From the IMG/VR virus record IMGVR_UViG_3300037087_000757: a stretch of 64,000 nt of DNA; one strand, 5' to 3'. Position 1 is the first letter of the stretch, and every line of letters starts with the position of its first letter. Below the pieces are notes generated by a model. It did no database searches and was not told the DNA's origin. It saw nothing but the letters and a program-made list of their open reading frames with translations. This DNA is from an uncultured virus (IMG/VR IMGVR_UViG_3300037087_000757). Its lineage: Duplodnaviria; Heunggongvirae; Uroviricota; Caudoviricetes. Position numbers and translations under genes: made by a program. Below, piece by piece: positions 43,401-58,700 of this stretch.

Positions 43401-46400
43401 CCATGTGGAAAGTATAAACAAAATTGGGCACACAGTTGGATGGTTGATCCCAAGGTACATGAAGGTTTTAAAAAAAGTCCATTTTATAAAAACAACAATT
43501 TAAAATTAGAAAAAAATGAAAAAAATGAAAAATGAAGATATCGCTAAATTATTAGCCGATCATTGTTATAATCCACAGAATAACGATTTTGGTTTTGCCG
43601 TTCAATTATTTGTGGAAAAAACGGTTTTACCTGAAAATTTAAAGAGTTATAATAAGAAACAAATGGAAGAATATATCCTTAATTATCTTAAAGAAAAATG
43701 ACAACAACAGAAAGATTAGTATTAAGGGAATTGACAAAGAGTCTTAGTGAATCCGCAGAAAAGAACTTTACCGTAGGTGATGTTGATAAGTGGTATGATT
43801 TCGCTCAACGAATGAAATCAGTAATTGAAACTACTGTTCCAATATTGGACAGATTAACAGGTGATGATAATCCTATACAAGAATGAAAAAGGTAATTTAT
43901 TCTATTGTTTTAATCGGAATTTATTTTGGGATTAGTTACTTATCATTATTGATTCCTGTATTAAAAGATTTTGTATTTCAACCCAATGTTGTTATTGATT
44001 TCTGGATATTTATATTATATTCAATACTATTTTTCCCGATGATATTAATGATGATAATGTTTGCTCTATCATTATCAATAATATTTTTATTAGCCATCAT
44101 CACATGCTTTATTCCAAATAAGAAGAATGAATTTATAAAAAAATAAAAATGAAAATGAAAATGGAAACACCAGAAGAGAAAGCTAAAAGAATAGGAGTGG
44201 TATTTTTACCATTCACCCCAGAACCAGTTGTCATTATTGAAGAAAATAATAATGATTGGAAAAAACAAGTATTGGATGCAATTTATAAAGAAGTTATAGC
44301 TGTATGTGAATGTGGTAAAGAGATAACAATAAAGGACGGTGAGAAACCTTGTGGAAATCCAAGATGTCCTTTTGGTAGACTTGAAATATAAGATATATGA
44401 ATCCATATTGTTTATTCGGAACATTTCAAAACATAATCAGCGAGACTCCATTACCAGTTCTGATTATCATAGCGTTGGTAATAGCGTTTATCATATCACA
44501 TTTCGAGTTCAAACATTTTGTCAGGTCAGTAGGCAGACAATTGGAACGAGAAAAGTTTTATAAACAAAGAGATACATATTTTGCAAATATTAAAAACAAT
44601 TTAGAAAAATAGAAACATGGAAAATATATTTAAAATTAAATCATCGGATAATGGAAAAGTATTTATTGTAAGACCTTTATTAAATGCTAAGAATTTAAAG
44701 GAAAATATTTTATCATATAAAGTATATTTCAATGAATTAAGACAAGAATGGGTATATCGTTATTTATGTTTTGCATTAGTTGATGATGAATTAAAGATAT
44801 TTGATTTTTCTAAACAGACTCATTATTGGTTTGTGGATATGGACATTGAAAAAAAATCATCATTTCATATGTTGATGATGAATAGTGATAGGGCGTTAAA
44901 GATAACGGTGAAAACAAAGATGAATTTTTTTGATAATGAATATGAAATAATCAATGATGATAAGTATAGGTTTGATAATACTGAAGAAAAAAGGATTTAT
45001 ATCAGTAAGTTATTGAAGAATACCGATCTTGATTTATCAGCGGCTTTGAATTTTACTTTGAGTGAATTGAGTAAAAAGGATATAAGGACAGTTTAAATAT
45101 GCAAGATACACCGTTAGTTGATGTCTATATAAATAGGTTTGGATATAAAAATTTTTCATCTGAATCTTTGGAGATATTGAATTATTTTGAAGAACAATTT
45201 AGATCCCATTACAGTGAAAATATATTGGGTCTTGTATCAGATGCTGTATTTATGTTCTCAACATACCCAGATAAAAAAGAGATAGATGATGAAACGGTGA
45301 AAGAGATCTATAATAAAGCTTTGAAATGTGATTTACAAGAGTTATTTTCCCGATATGAATTATTTCTTGAAAATTCCCCTCGTGAATGGATTATTGAGAT
45401 GGTGATGGAGAAGTAAAATTTGAAATGCGTTTATGGGATATAATGCCCACTGGATATAAAATAATGAAGAAATATGCATGGCCGGGAATATCGATTATTT
45501 GTAATCATCCATTGTTATTTGATACTGTTATAGGTGAAACAACAGAAAGTGCAATAGAGGTGAAGAAGAATGAAATTGAAATTAAGGCAAACAAAACAAT
45601 AAACGACAGAGATGATTTGATAGATTTTGTAGAATGGTATTGGAGGGAGGTTCAGGGAAAACCATATCATATAAGTTCAAAGGAATTGATTAATATTTAT
45701 ATAAACGGACTATGAAAACAAAGGAAGAAATTTTAATGGAATTATGTGGTTTATCTGATCGTAAATTTTGGGATAAGTACAAAGAAACGATTAAAATTCC
45801 AGCCGAGACTTGTATTGATGCCATGGAAAAATACCACAAACAATTTAAGAAAAATAAAAAAGTATGAAATTAACAAAATTTAATCCAGAGAATAAAACAT
45901 CTCTTACTTATGGTGAGTGTTTAGAACCAGCCATGGAGATTAAGGACCAGAAGGATGCTGATCAGTATAAAGCCGATTACATTAAATACACTGAAGGATT
46001 TCTTATCAACGGTGTGAGTGAACATGGAGAAACAGCGGAACAGATTGTTAATGCCAATCTTGGATATTTCGCTGGGTATTATAGTGATGAAACAAGAAAA
46101 AGGGTCGAAAAACTTTTTTGTTGTTCACATCCAATTTTTGGTTCGATCAGTCAAAATGGTAGACCGAGTAGTGAAGAAGCTTTTGAGTGTGGTAAAAAAA
46201 GAAAAACATTAAAAGAAATAAGAAAAAATGAAAAAGAATAGATTAAATGAATTAAAGAATTTGAGTTTAATTGAATTGGATATCATATATAGATTCATTA
46301 ACGAAGGTGGATTGAATGGATATTCAACAGAATATCTCGATGTGGAATCTGATGGTGGTTTATATGAACGATGGGAAAAATTGTTAGTAAACCGTAATAA

Positions 46401-47749
46401 TTTATTGAATGATATAAAGGATATAATTCGTGAGAAGGTACAGAATTATGTTGGTGATGAACCAGATGTTGAAGAATTAGATGAATAACCAAACTAAAAT
46501 AATAATTATATGAAAAAGATTAGAGTAAAAAAGGATGCTTTTGTTTTCAATGAAGAAAACAAATCGGAAGTTAGGGTTAGTTTTAAACCCAAACAAACAA
46601 AAAAATTCAGGAAAAAACTTGGTATGACAGTACATGAAGTTGATCTTGTAATTGATGGTAATAGGATTACCATTCCGAGGATGTATCGTAATGGAAAAAG
46701 AATACATCGTAAGAGTCCGTTTAAGGCTAAGATGGTGAAATAAAAAATAAAATAGTGTATGAATTTTGATAGGGAACGAAAATTAAAAAAATTATTAGAA
46801 AATGGATGAAATAAAATTTGACAGAACAGTTATAGATATTATTAGACAATACGAAGAACTTATAAAATTATTAGAAGAAGGATTGAGTAATAATAATGAA
46901 AGGTTTCATGATCCTTCATGGGAGTCAAATCGTATGAAGAAATGTGATGAAGTAAGAAATCGAATAACAATATTAAAAGACAAAATAGGAATAAATTATG
47001 TGTAATACATTAGAAGATTTTAAGAAAGAAGTAGAACCATACAAGAACACTCTTGTATTAAACTATGTCGAATTTACAGTGGTCAGGTTAATAGATGTTG
47101 TGGAAAGGGATGATGACTATTGCTGGGTTATGGATCATTGTGGAGAGGGTATTTTTTACCTTTCCTGTTGTCTTGGTTTTATTTCATTAAAGGGAGTTAT
47201 ACCAGTAGAGGATTACGAAAGAATGGTAAGTATTTGGAATTTAAATAACGAAATAAAAGCTATATGAAACAATGTATGAAACAAGGTAAATTATATTGGC
47301 ATGAATTTACTAAGGGAAAAGGATATATTATAATTTTGTGTACTGAGAACAGTCCAAAAAATTCAGATACTTTCTCTGGTGTTGTGGTTAAAACCCGTCA
47401 AGTAACAGATGAAATCGGAGATTACAGTAAACATTGGGGTATTAAGATGTTTAAAGAATTTAATGGATCAATAAATATTAGAAAAACAAGATTAGGATGA
47501 AAATATTTAAATGTACAATAGAATCAAATAATTCCTGTTATGTCGAAACTCTTTTAGTGGTGGCGGAAGCAGTTGAACAAGCTGATAGTTTAGTAAAAGA
47601 AAACCAGAAAAATAAATGGGTAAAATATACCCAACCTTTAACTGAAATTAAAATAGATTTATCAAAGCCACAGGTGGTAAATTACTTTGGTTGGGGGAGT
47701 AGTGATAATGATAACAACTTTGATGATTAAAAAATAAATAAAAAAGAAT

Positions 47750-48151
47750 ATGAAAAAGTTAATTGGATTAGTAGTAATGATAATGATGTTTATCGGATTT
47801 GGTTGTACCAGTGGTACGACAACATTAAAGAAAACAGAAAGTAAGGAAAAGTATCAAGGATTTAATGTTTGGGTTTATGAATTTGATGGATGCGAGTATG
47901 TGAAATTTCCATCATATAACGCAACTTGGGGTGCACATAAAGGGAATTGTAAAAATCCTATTCATAATCAACAAAAGAGGGTGGATATAAAGTTTTATGA
48001 TATGGATGGTAGTTACAGGGGTACTTGCTCTATTGATTCTGTTGTTATAAGTTACAAAACCAGAAAGGTTTGTTGTTGGTCTCAGGGTAGGATAGCGTTT
48101 GAATCCGTATTAAAAGATATTGGGATTACAATGGTAGATATAAAGAAGTAA
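47750..48151 (+). CDS. Lipoprotein
   Basis: MKK + hydrophobic stretch + GFGC. Confidence 0.6.
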   Translation: MKKLIGLVVMIMMFIGFGCTSGTTTLKKTESKEKYQGFNVWVYEFDGCEYVKFPSYNATWGAHKGNCKNPIHNQQKRVDIKFYDMDGSYRGTCSIDSVVISYKTRKVCCWSQGRIAFESVLKDIGITMVDIKK

Positions 48152-51100
48152 AGGGGGATATTATGGATTGGAAAGAAAAATTAATTCAGAAATATAGAAA
48201 AGTATTGGGTTGTAAAAATTTAGATTTTAATGTTTGTTGGTGTGAAGTATGTACCAGTATAGAAAAAATAATCAACGCTACAATTAAACATATCAAAGAC
48301 AAAATTTAATAAGATGAAAACAAATGAATCAATGATTGGAAAAAAAGTGGAAGCTGAATTTCAAGATGGAGATAAATTAATTCTCACGGTTGATGAGGAA
48401 TGTGATAATGTGCCATTTGTTATGAGGGGGGTGTCTGAAGATAAAGTACTATATCATGTAGGTATATTTTGGTTTAAGGAAAAGAATATTTGTACTTGGT
48501 GGTATAAAGATTTATGTAAAGCAATATAATAATATGGAAAAAATAATAAAAGAAGATAACAGTACAGGAAATCGCCTTTCGATAGAAAAACTGGAAAATG
48601 GTAATGTAGAAATATGTATAAAGGATAAAGTTCTTGGTTTGGCAATAGATTTAAATCACGAAGAACTAAGAGATTTTACTTTACAAATTAATCAAATGTT
48701 TTTAGGTTTGAATAAACCAATTAATCCTGATCATAATGAAACCCCTTTATCTAAAAAAGTAAAGGAATTAATGAGAGAAGGTCATGTTCCTTATAATGAA
48801 GTAGCTACGGTTCATCCAACTTGGTCGAGTAGAGAGATTAGTGATTATATCAGTAATGTTTGTTATGGATAAAGATCTTTTTATATTTATTTGTAAATTA
48901 TTTTCAAGTGCTATAGCTTCGTATTTTTTTGTCATTCTGGTATATTATCATTTCATGGAAAAGATAAACAAGGATGGGGAGTATGATTCACTGATTATGA
49001 TGTTGACAGTTCCCGTTGGTATTTTTTCTTTTATTGGTTTATATTGGTTAAGTTTCTTTTTATTTGGACAAACAAGTTATTAAAGTATATGAAAAATAAT
49101 ACCCAACATTTGGAATTCATTTATAGACGAATGATTCATGTTCACGGTGAGAATCCCAATTATGATTATATGATAAATTTCAAGAAAGCTATAGAGGAAA
49201 ACATTGAGAGATTCATTATATGTTATAATTACAATGATGATATGATGATGTATGATACAGTAAAAAAGGAATTTATTTTATCAGTGAAAGGTGGTGGATT
49301 TCCGAAGGATTGTCATGTGGATTTTGAAATTCTTCCCCAAACAATTCAGGAACTTAAAAAAGTGGCTGAAAAACAGGATTTGAACGCTTTCACTGTTCAT
49401 GTATTAAAGGAATATAAAACAGGTGAACCATGTCCGATAGCGATATTTGAAAAAGATTTAGAGAAATATTAAATAAATATGGAAAAAATAACAAAAAATA
49501 AAAGACTAACAAAAAGACAAAGACTTTCAGTTTATAAGAGGGCGTTAACATTTATTGAAAATAATGCTAAGAAAAATAGTGATGGTGTTTATCATTCTGG
49601 TTTATGTTATGCTATAGGTCAATCGACTTCAACTTTTTTTTATCTTGAATCTTCTGAATTTTTTCCTGAAATTTACAAACATAAACCAAAGAAACCTTGG
49701 GGTATTTTTTGGTGGGCCCGCACAAAAGAAGGTATGGATAAGCGTATAAAAGTTTTAAAATTAGTAATTAAAGAATTATCTTAAATATGGAAACAAAATA
49801 TTATTTTATCCCTTACAGATGTAAAACAACATCATGGCAGAAAAGGTCAGAGACCGAGGGTTACATATATATCAGTTCACACGAACAATTATATCAGAAA
49901 ATAACCGATGTTCATCCTATAAAGTTTCAATTAGATTGTAATGAGAAGTATGAAAACATTATTGATGGTGATTATCAAAGAAAGGAAGAATATTTGGTGT
50001 TGAATTGGATACCATTAACGAAAGAGGAATACGAGGAATTTAAAGGAAAGGTAGGATGAGAAGAATAATAAAATTGTTAATATTTATATGGCTTTTATGG
50101 TGGATAATTGGAATAATAAAATTTGTGATTCTACCATGAAAAATTTACAAAAATTAAATTAATAAAAAGAAAGATAGTGGAAAAAATAATAACATATTTT
50201 GGTCAGAAAGCCAAAGTTGGATGTGATGAAAAATGTAATAAAGCTTGGGGTCGTAATCGTAGACCGAGAGTTTATCCAACGATAAATGAAACCAAAATTT
50301 TCGGTTTAGAAGGGGGTAGAGTTTATCCCGATGATTATAACGAAGAAGATTATGTTTATTGTTCTGATGATGAATTGGATAAAGCACCCGTAGATCCAGG
50401 CACTTATGAAGGTTCAGATGGTAAACCAGTTGGTAAGAAAAATATTCCCAATAAATGGTGTGTAAGAGAATGTGAAAGATGTTCAATGTCGAATCTGGGA
50501 GAAATTGATAAGCTACTTACATTACGAGATTTCTCAAAAAGAGTATAATATGTTATGGTGTGATTTAGAAGTGGGTGGAGTAATATACTATTGTGATTTC
50601 AATATGAATTCTCCAGAGGAATTCCCCAAAGAATTAAAGATACTCAGTATTGAAAAGGGAGAAGAAAACTTTCTTATACTACTTGAGGGATTAGATGATA
50701 TAATTGAATTACCGTTTAAACAATATTTTACTCAGAATAATGGTACGGATTTCAGTGGAGATGTTACTGCCTTTCATGTAATAGCAGCTGATGTAGATGG
50801 ATTCTGGGAACAGTTTAATAGTATTAGAGATGCTGTTAAAGATTTTAAAGATTTTATTACTGAATAATTTTTAATTCTCAATTTTTTTACTTATATTTAA
50901 TTTAGAGATGTGGATAATATCTTATCCGAAAATAATTGAAAATATTAAAAATGAATTAGATAAGGAAAAATGAGAAAAGCTATTTATGAATGTCCGAATT
51001 GTGGTCACATTGATACTGTAACATTAGGTAAAGGTAAAAAACCTGAGGAGGAGAGAATTTGTTCTTATTGCTATCCTGAATCTGGTGGATATTTTGTTAC

Positions 51101-51472
51101 AGAATGGGTTATGAGATTAATTAAAATAAGTAAGTGATATGTCTATACGAGAAGAAGATAAAGAAGTAATATCAGAAAAATTGATGTACTTTTATGATAA
51201 CAAATCAGATAAAAAGTATCTGTATTTATTAGTAACTATTAATAACGAAAAAGCGAAATGAAACAATTTTTTAAAAATGTATTGATGTATGTTGCATCAT
51301 TAATCGTATTATTTGTTCCAGTTTATTTTATAAGTTCAGTCGCTGGTGGAAGTTTTGATATTCATTTCTGGGCTGAGAATGTAAGACAGGGAGCATTAAC
51401 CGTACTCATTGTATTGGGTTCATGTATAACAATAGTATTTCTTTTTAAAGTTATTCTCGAAAATTTTGATTT

Positions 51473-52339
51473 ATGAAAAAATTAACAAAAACACAATTTA
51501 TTACCTATGGATTTATTTTCTTGGGGGTAATAGCTATTTTATGGTCATTCTTATGGGATGTAAAATTTCCATTTGATTCTGTTAATTCGAAACATGGATT
51601 AGTGGCTTATGGAGCCGTCCATGCTGTATTTAATGCTATTTTCATTTTAGGATGGGTGGTTTCATTGATTACTTTATTTATGGAAATGGATAGTGATAGT
51701 GATATTTATTCTCGATTTTACATCAAGAGAAATCGTTCTTACAGTCATGATGAAGCCGCGGAATCCATTTTACCAAGTTTCAAATTCAAGAAGAAATGGT
51801 TTGTCTGGATAGTTATTATTGTAGCTGCTTGTTTCTTATGGAGTTGGGGTAGTACTATTGGTGGACAATCCGTATCAATGTATAACAAGTCAAAGATGTA
51901 TCATAATGATTATACTCAGATGGTACAAGAAAAGAAAGGTTTTTATGATAAACTTTGGAAAACATATTTAACAAAGGAAAAGATAACCAATATAAATAAG
52001 GAAACTTTTATTCAGGTGGCTAAGATCATTATGGAGAACCGTAAAGATGGTGATAAAATTTCTTGGAAATGGGTACAGGAAAATCAACAAATTCCATTCT
52101 CAGAATTCAGTAAATTTTATGAAGATTTAAGTAATTTTATAGCAGCCCAAAGAGAGGGTTATTTCAACATTGAAAAACAATGTCAGTTAATAGCTAACAT
52201 GAATAATACATTATTGGATACTTTTCCTCATAATATCTACAATAAGGTATTAGGATGTCAGAGAATTAAGTTTGAATACGGATTCTTATCTGATTCAACT
52301 GAGAATGTATTCAGGAGTAAGAAAGAAAATCTCAAATAA
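51473..52339 (+). CDS. Membrane protein with possible LemA-like helical domain
   Basis: Three hydrophobic helices, then a helical domain ending NNTLLDTFPHNIY. Confidence 0.45.
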   Translation: MKKLTKTQFITYGFIFLGVIAILWSFLWDVKFPFDSVNSKHGLVAYGAVHAVFNAIFILGWVVSLITLFMEMDSDSDIYSRFYIKRNRSYSHDEAAESILPSFKFKKKWFVWIVIIVAACFLWSWGSTIGGQSVSMYNKSKMYHNDYTQMVQEKKGFYDKLWKTYLTKEKITNINKETFIQVAKIIMENRKDGDKISWKWVQENQQIPFSEFSKFYEDLSNFIAAQREGYFNIEKQCQLIANMNNTLLDTFPHNIYNKVLGCQRIKFEYGFLSDSTENVFRSKKENLK

Positions 52340-55286
52340 ATGGAACAAATCAATTGGTCAGATGAATTAATGAGTTTATGTGTCGTGTATTGTCAGATGT
52401 TCAATACCGAACAAGAAGCCAAAAGAGCCACAATCGAACAAAGTAGAATATGGTATACGAGAGCCTATCAGATTAATAAAAAATTATTCGATGAACAATT
52501 GGAGAAAGTAGAATCTTTATTGAAGAAATCTTTTGAAGCCGGTGGAGATTGTTTCGTTGATGGTATTGGTGAATTGATAAGGAGAAATCCAGATTTTGAA
52601 AAATGGTTTAATAACATTGAGAAATGACAGAAGAAGATATTATTGGATTGGTATTTAAATGTCTTTCAATGACAATAAAAGCTGAAATAATTTCGGGTTA
52701 TCCAATTATAACAGGAAAGAAAGAATTTCAAAAGGAACTCGAAAAAGAATTGAAAGAATTGTTTGACGATAATGATTTATCAAAATGATCTCGTGGCATT
52801 TAGTATTGTTTATTTTGGTGGTACTTTTCTTTGTATATAAGATTTTTAGAAGTAACAAAGAAAACGGGTATAGTAATTGGGATTTTATAACACCATTATA
52901 TGTTATCGGTCTTGTTGTGACTGTTATTTTATATGGTGGTATTTTTTGGTGGTAAAAAGAAAAGAATATGATTATAAAATTTGGAAAAGAACTAATCAAT
53001 ACTGATAATGTTTTTAGAATTGTCCATGTAGATAGTAAATTAATAGTTCAGGGAAATTCTGAAAGAGAATCAATTTTATGTTTTAAAAATGAAGATTCAG
53101 CTAAATTTATTTTGGGTCGTATATATTGGAGTGTGGAACAACATTATTCAGTAATGGATTGTGATGAATCACTTGAAAAAAGAGTAGGACAATAAATGGA
53201 AAATAAAATTCAATTTAAATATAAACCCACTGGACAATGGATTATCTTTTCTGGGCATAGATGGGTGTTGTCGAATGAACCAGATTCAGAGGATAACATA
53301 TATGAATACATCAATGAGATTATATCTGATTTGAAATGTTCATTCGATGATATTGAAGTGATTGGATATAAAATGGAATCAGATGAAGCTGATGATTTAT
53401 TAACACAGATTAGATCTGAAGGATCGTTTGATTATACTTTTGAACACTATTCAAATTTTGAAAATATTAAGGATAGTAGGTTTCATGAATTGAGATTAGA
53501 TTATTTGAGAGCAAAAAAAGAATTGGAAGATTATATAAAATGGTGTAGTAATGAAAGAGAATGAGAATAACAATTTAGAAAGAGGTGATGTCGTAGTGGC
53601 CACATGGGGATATAACGATGTATTAAATGAACCGTTTAAATTCCTTTATGAATTTGGTTATTATACTAAATACGGTTGTGTAGTTTACAATCAGGGAGAA
53701 TCTAATATGCAAGATTCTCACGCTTTCAAATTGAATGAAATTAGGTTGGCAACAGATGAAGATAAACGAAATCAGTTTTGGGGAAATTAAACAATAATAA
53801 AATAAATTATATGAAAAAGGTAAAAATTAAAAGGTCAAAGAAACAGATCAAGAGTTTGTTCAAAAAAGCAAATAAGCACATTGGAACATTCACTGGTGAT
53901 ACTTATGAAAATGGTATTTTGAATACTATCGAATGGTTAACTGGTAAGAACAAACAGAATCCAATGAAAGGATATAAAAAATTACTTGAAAAGGATGAAG
54001 AAGCTCCCGTTGTTGAAAAGAAAACTGATACTCCAGAACCGGGTACAAGAGAAGGATAACAGTAATGGAAGTAACATTAAAACATAAATGTCAAGGTAAG
54101 GTTGTTAGTCAAAGAGCCAAACGAAAAACTCATAAATGTTTTAGTTATAATGAACATGCTGATATGCACTATGATAGTGGTGGTTGGAATGAATGGGAAG
54201 AAGTTTATTATGAAATAAACGAATGTAAGGTGTGTGGTCAATATCATGAGATAAAAAAGAAAAGATAAATGAAAACGAAAACGAAAATACATCCAATACT
54301 TAAAGAAACAATTAAAACAGCTGAAGCGTTGGGATTTAAATATAGGGCTGATGGTGTAGATTTTTTACAAAATTGGGTCACATTTACTTATCCAAATACC
54401 AATTCCTATGTAGTTTATATTGATCTTTCTGGTACGGGGGATATAATGAAAAAATTAGGTGATGAATTGGTGAAATGTGGAAAGATTCAACTAAGACAAA
54501 AGTGGAATCATGAATTCAATGAATTTAATTACGAGGAGGAATAATGAAAAATAATGATGTTAATTTTTATCCCGAATATAGAGATATTGTTAACGCTTGT
54601 AAAACCATAATTTATTCAAGTTATTCAAATCCGAGAATGATTGAGGAGATTATGGGTGAATCTGAAGCAAAAGAATTAAAATGTAAATGTCAATGTTTTC
54701 TTGATAAATGGGAAGTATATAGAAAAGATTTATTTGAAAAAATTTTCCAAGAAATTGAAAAATTTAAAAAACTAAAATACTAAAATAATTATGAAAAATG
54801 ATATGACAAACGAAGAAATTCGAAAGGCCGTTGATTCTGGTAAAATGAAAATATTTGACATTCCTTTGGATGTAACAGATGATTTCATTGATATATGGAA
54901 CTCACCAGAACAATTAATATTAAGAGAAAAAGGTGGAATGTTCGTGGATATAAAGCGAACTAAGGATGGTATCAATGTTCTTTCGATAGGATCACAACCA
55001 GAATACGCATTGGTAATGATTGGAATGGCTTATGGAGCTGGTGGATATAAATTAAACGCCTTTAAAAATATTGGAAAATTAAAAAACAACATAGATATGA
55101 AAGAATTAACAAAAGAAAACGCGACATTTGAAGAATGGACAGACAGGTTCATTGAAATTCTTGGAGAAAATGGATGGGTAAACCCAGAACTTGAGAGAAC
55201 CAATATGGAATGTCGTAGGGAATTATATGATGAGGGTGAAACCCCAGAATCAGCTTATCAGGAAGAATTAGTTGGTGATTGATTAT

Positions 55287-55736
55287 ATGAAAGAATCCAA
55301 TAACATAAACACTTTAGTATGTGCTGCTTTTTGTGGTGTTGGAAAATCTTTTTTATGTAATAAATATCCGAATAAATATAAAGAACTTGAATGTTGGGAA
55401 TTTAGAAAAGGGGATTTTCCAACTAATTACATCGAAGAAATTAAAGGACTCATAGGCAAAGTAGAATATTTATTCATAAGCTCTGATCCTGTTGTATTGA
55501 ATCAACTAAACAAAGAAGGAGTGAAGATATTATTAGTTTATCCTGATAATTCTTTGAAAGAGGAATACATGAAAAGATATTGTGAACGTAATAGTAGTTA
55601 TGATTTTATAGGTGTTATGTATAAACATTGGTATGATTGGGTTAATCAGTTGAAAGATCAAGATTATTGTGATCATATAATTTTAAAAAGTGGAGAATAT
55701 TTACAAAATGTAATTTTAAAAGAAAGGGTTCACTGA
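55287..55736 (+). CDS. P-loop nucleotide kinase-like protein (start revised to 55287)
   Basis: VCAAFCGVGKS Walker A near N-terminus; EEYMKRY..R lid-like segment. Confidence 0.65.
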   Translation: MKESNNINTLVCAAFCGVGKSFLCNKYPNKYKELECWEFRKGDFPTNYIEEIKGLIGKVEYLFISSDPVVLNQLNKEGVKILLVYPDNSLKEEYMKRYCERNSSYDFIGVMYKHWYDWVNQLKDQDYCDHIILKSGEYLQNVILKERVH

Positions 55737-58700
55737 TGTTCGGATTAATATTATTATCGGTTTACTTATTGAGTATAATAAGTTTTTGGTTTTGGATACA
55801 TTTAGCTTATTCAAAAGGTGGAATTTGGGAAGATTCTCAATATGATACATCATTTGTTACTATATTATTTCTTCCTCTCATCAATACAGTAATGGGTGTT
55901 TTTGCTTGGTTTATTGATTATCCAATAAAAAGAAAAAAGAAGAAAATTAATTTCGAAAAATTTTTTTTAATTAAAAAAATTGATTAACATAGTATTATTG
56001 AAAATTTAGTCTAATGTCGGTATATCCAGAAAAATGTTATTTATTACGATTCGTTAATAATCCACTTAATCATAAACTTGGTACAGAGGGATTCGAAATG
56101 ATTTGTCGTGACCCCAAAACACTATCAAGATTGGTAAACGAACAGAATGGAATTAAAAAAGTTACTCCAAAAAATGTATTTAGTTGGGAAATGAGAACGA
56201 AGTATAAATATCAGATTTATGAATACCTTTACTTTGAATAAACTTAAAATTAATCATTAAAACAGAAAAATTATGACAGGTTGTGTATTAGCTCTCTGGA
56301 TAATGGGAGGCGCAGTAGTAGGTATTCCTCTTTGTATTGGGATTGGATACCTGATTAAACAATTATCAATTGTAACTTACAAAAAAGTAAGAGAAACCGA
56401 ATTTCCGAAAGTAAATTTCAATTTCAATTTACCGAGGATTGGTATTTTTCATCGTATTCCACAATACGCTTATTCTATTATTCTTCTTATTTTTATGGTA
56501 ACAATGTTTGTGAAGTTTATACCTTGGGGACATACAAAACCATGTCACGGTAAAATAGAACAGGCATTCTTCCAAAAAATGGGTCAGAATCCGAAAGCGA
56601 TGATAACAACGACATTGGATATTCTTAAATAACAAATAAAATTTTATATGAGAACAAAAGAAGAAAAAGATGAAATGATCAAGTGTTTAGAATCTCAGAA
56701 AGAGAAAGCACCTGTGATGACTTTTTTCGGTGATAATAATCATGACGCCATTGATGCTCAAATTGAGGTTATTGAGAATGATTATGATGACGATGAAGTA
56801 TATAAGAATTGGGAATCAAATGATAATACATTATCAGCCGCTTTAGTGGTTGTTGAATGGTTAAATGGTAATGATAGTGCTGGTGAAGAACTCAGAACTC
56901 AATGGGATTAATATGAACTGTTTATCATTAGTAATACTTGGATTGGTTGTAATAACCTTATTCAGTACTGGACATCCCTTTTTAGGGATATGTGTGGCTT
57001 TAGTAATGTTAGTTTACGGCGGTAGGACATTAAAATAAAGTGATATGTTTAAGGATAACATTTGGTTAATATATGGTGCTATTATTTGTTCAACTATTGG
57101 GATGATAGCCGGGGTTTTTAATACAACGATATCATTTTTTCTTTTGTTCCCATCGTTAATTCTGATAGTAACTTATATCTATTTGAAATTTTTTAAAGGA
57201 AAATAATTATGATTGAACAGATATTAAAGAATAGAATAGAAATAGCTAATGAGGCCGAACATTATTTATTGAGGAATGTGGTGATTTTATTTGGCACATG
57301 ACACATGGAATGAATCGTGGTGATATTCCAGATGATTCAGCTATTCATGAAGATATTAAGAATATGAGAGAGGTTCAAGAATATATTTTATCTAAATTGG
57401 ATAAATATGGTGTAGATCCTAAATCTTATAGCGACAGGAAAAATGGAAGTTATTGGAAATGGTATGATTTTTGGCATACTTGGCACAAAGAAAAACTTTC
57501 CGATGATGATTGGAAAGAAGTAAATAGAAGAATGATGGCCGAAGAAAATTATGATGAATTTCTTCCGAAAACTAAATGGAACGATTAAAAAAATAAAATT
57601 ATGACAACAAGAATAAAGGGATTTACGATTACCTTAGAAAAGGATCTCCGTGAAGATGATATAGAAGAATTGGTAACAGCTCTTCGAATGGTTCGTGGTG
57701 TTGCTTCTGTCGATCCACTTGAAAAAGGAACAGAAGATGATATGGCACGAGCAAGAGTTTATTATGAACTTAGGGATAAATTCTATGAATTTATAAACAA
57801 AGAATTGAAACTGAATGGATGAAATGGATCAATTGAGTACTGAGATTGCTCAAAATTTAGAAGATTGTGCATCCAATCTGGATAATGTAATGAAAGAAAG
57901 AGAGGGAAAAAGATTCTGTAACTTCAAACAATTCCAGATGCTTAGATTTATCAGGAATTATGTTAATGATGTCAAAAGAATAGATGAAGTTGAAAATAGG
58001 GTGATACAATACGGGGAATATATTGAGAATACAATTACTGATCAAGTATTATGAAAAAAGGAAAAACACAAAGAGGGTTTGATTTCTGTGAATTCAAAGA
58101 TAGAAATGGAAACGAATGTTCTATTCAGATGTCGAGTATCGCCACTGAGAATTGTATTTGGTTTGGAATTGATGAACCAAAATTGACCGTATTCGAAAAT
58201 GAAGATATGGGTAAATATATTGAAACTACCTTACCCAAAAATTGGATGGTAGAAGGTAGGATGCATTTATCACAAAAACAAGTGAAAGAAATATTACCTA
58301 TTTTACAAAAATTCGCCGAAACAGGAGAAATATGAAATATGTAATTTACGGTTTTATTACAACATTAATAATTGTATTTAGTGTTCAATTATTGATTGGA
58401 CAAGATCCACCTCGTATTCATCGTACACCAACAGATGTTTTATATAAACCAAACACGACAGTTAAGAAATTTTATTCTGGGTTGATGGGTGATTATATAT
58501 TGGTTTTTAAATATGATTCCAATTCATATATGATTCCTCAAACATATCCTGAAGGTGTAAGACATTATGAAGCAAGAGTAGGAATTTTTAAAAGATACAA
58601 ACAAACAATTCATTATGATTTAGTTTATACTTTTTGGTGTACCTATACAAAGGGTCTTTGTTATGAGGATGATATATCTGATTTGGTTTATGAGTCATAT

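Noticed and set aside
44617..45096. Faint resemblance to gp32-like ssDNA-binding proteins (IVRPLL, LKIFDF)
   Set aside because: Too short, no acidic tail, cannot be supported without a profile search
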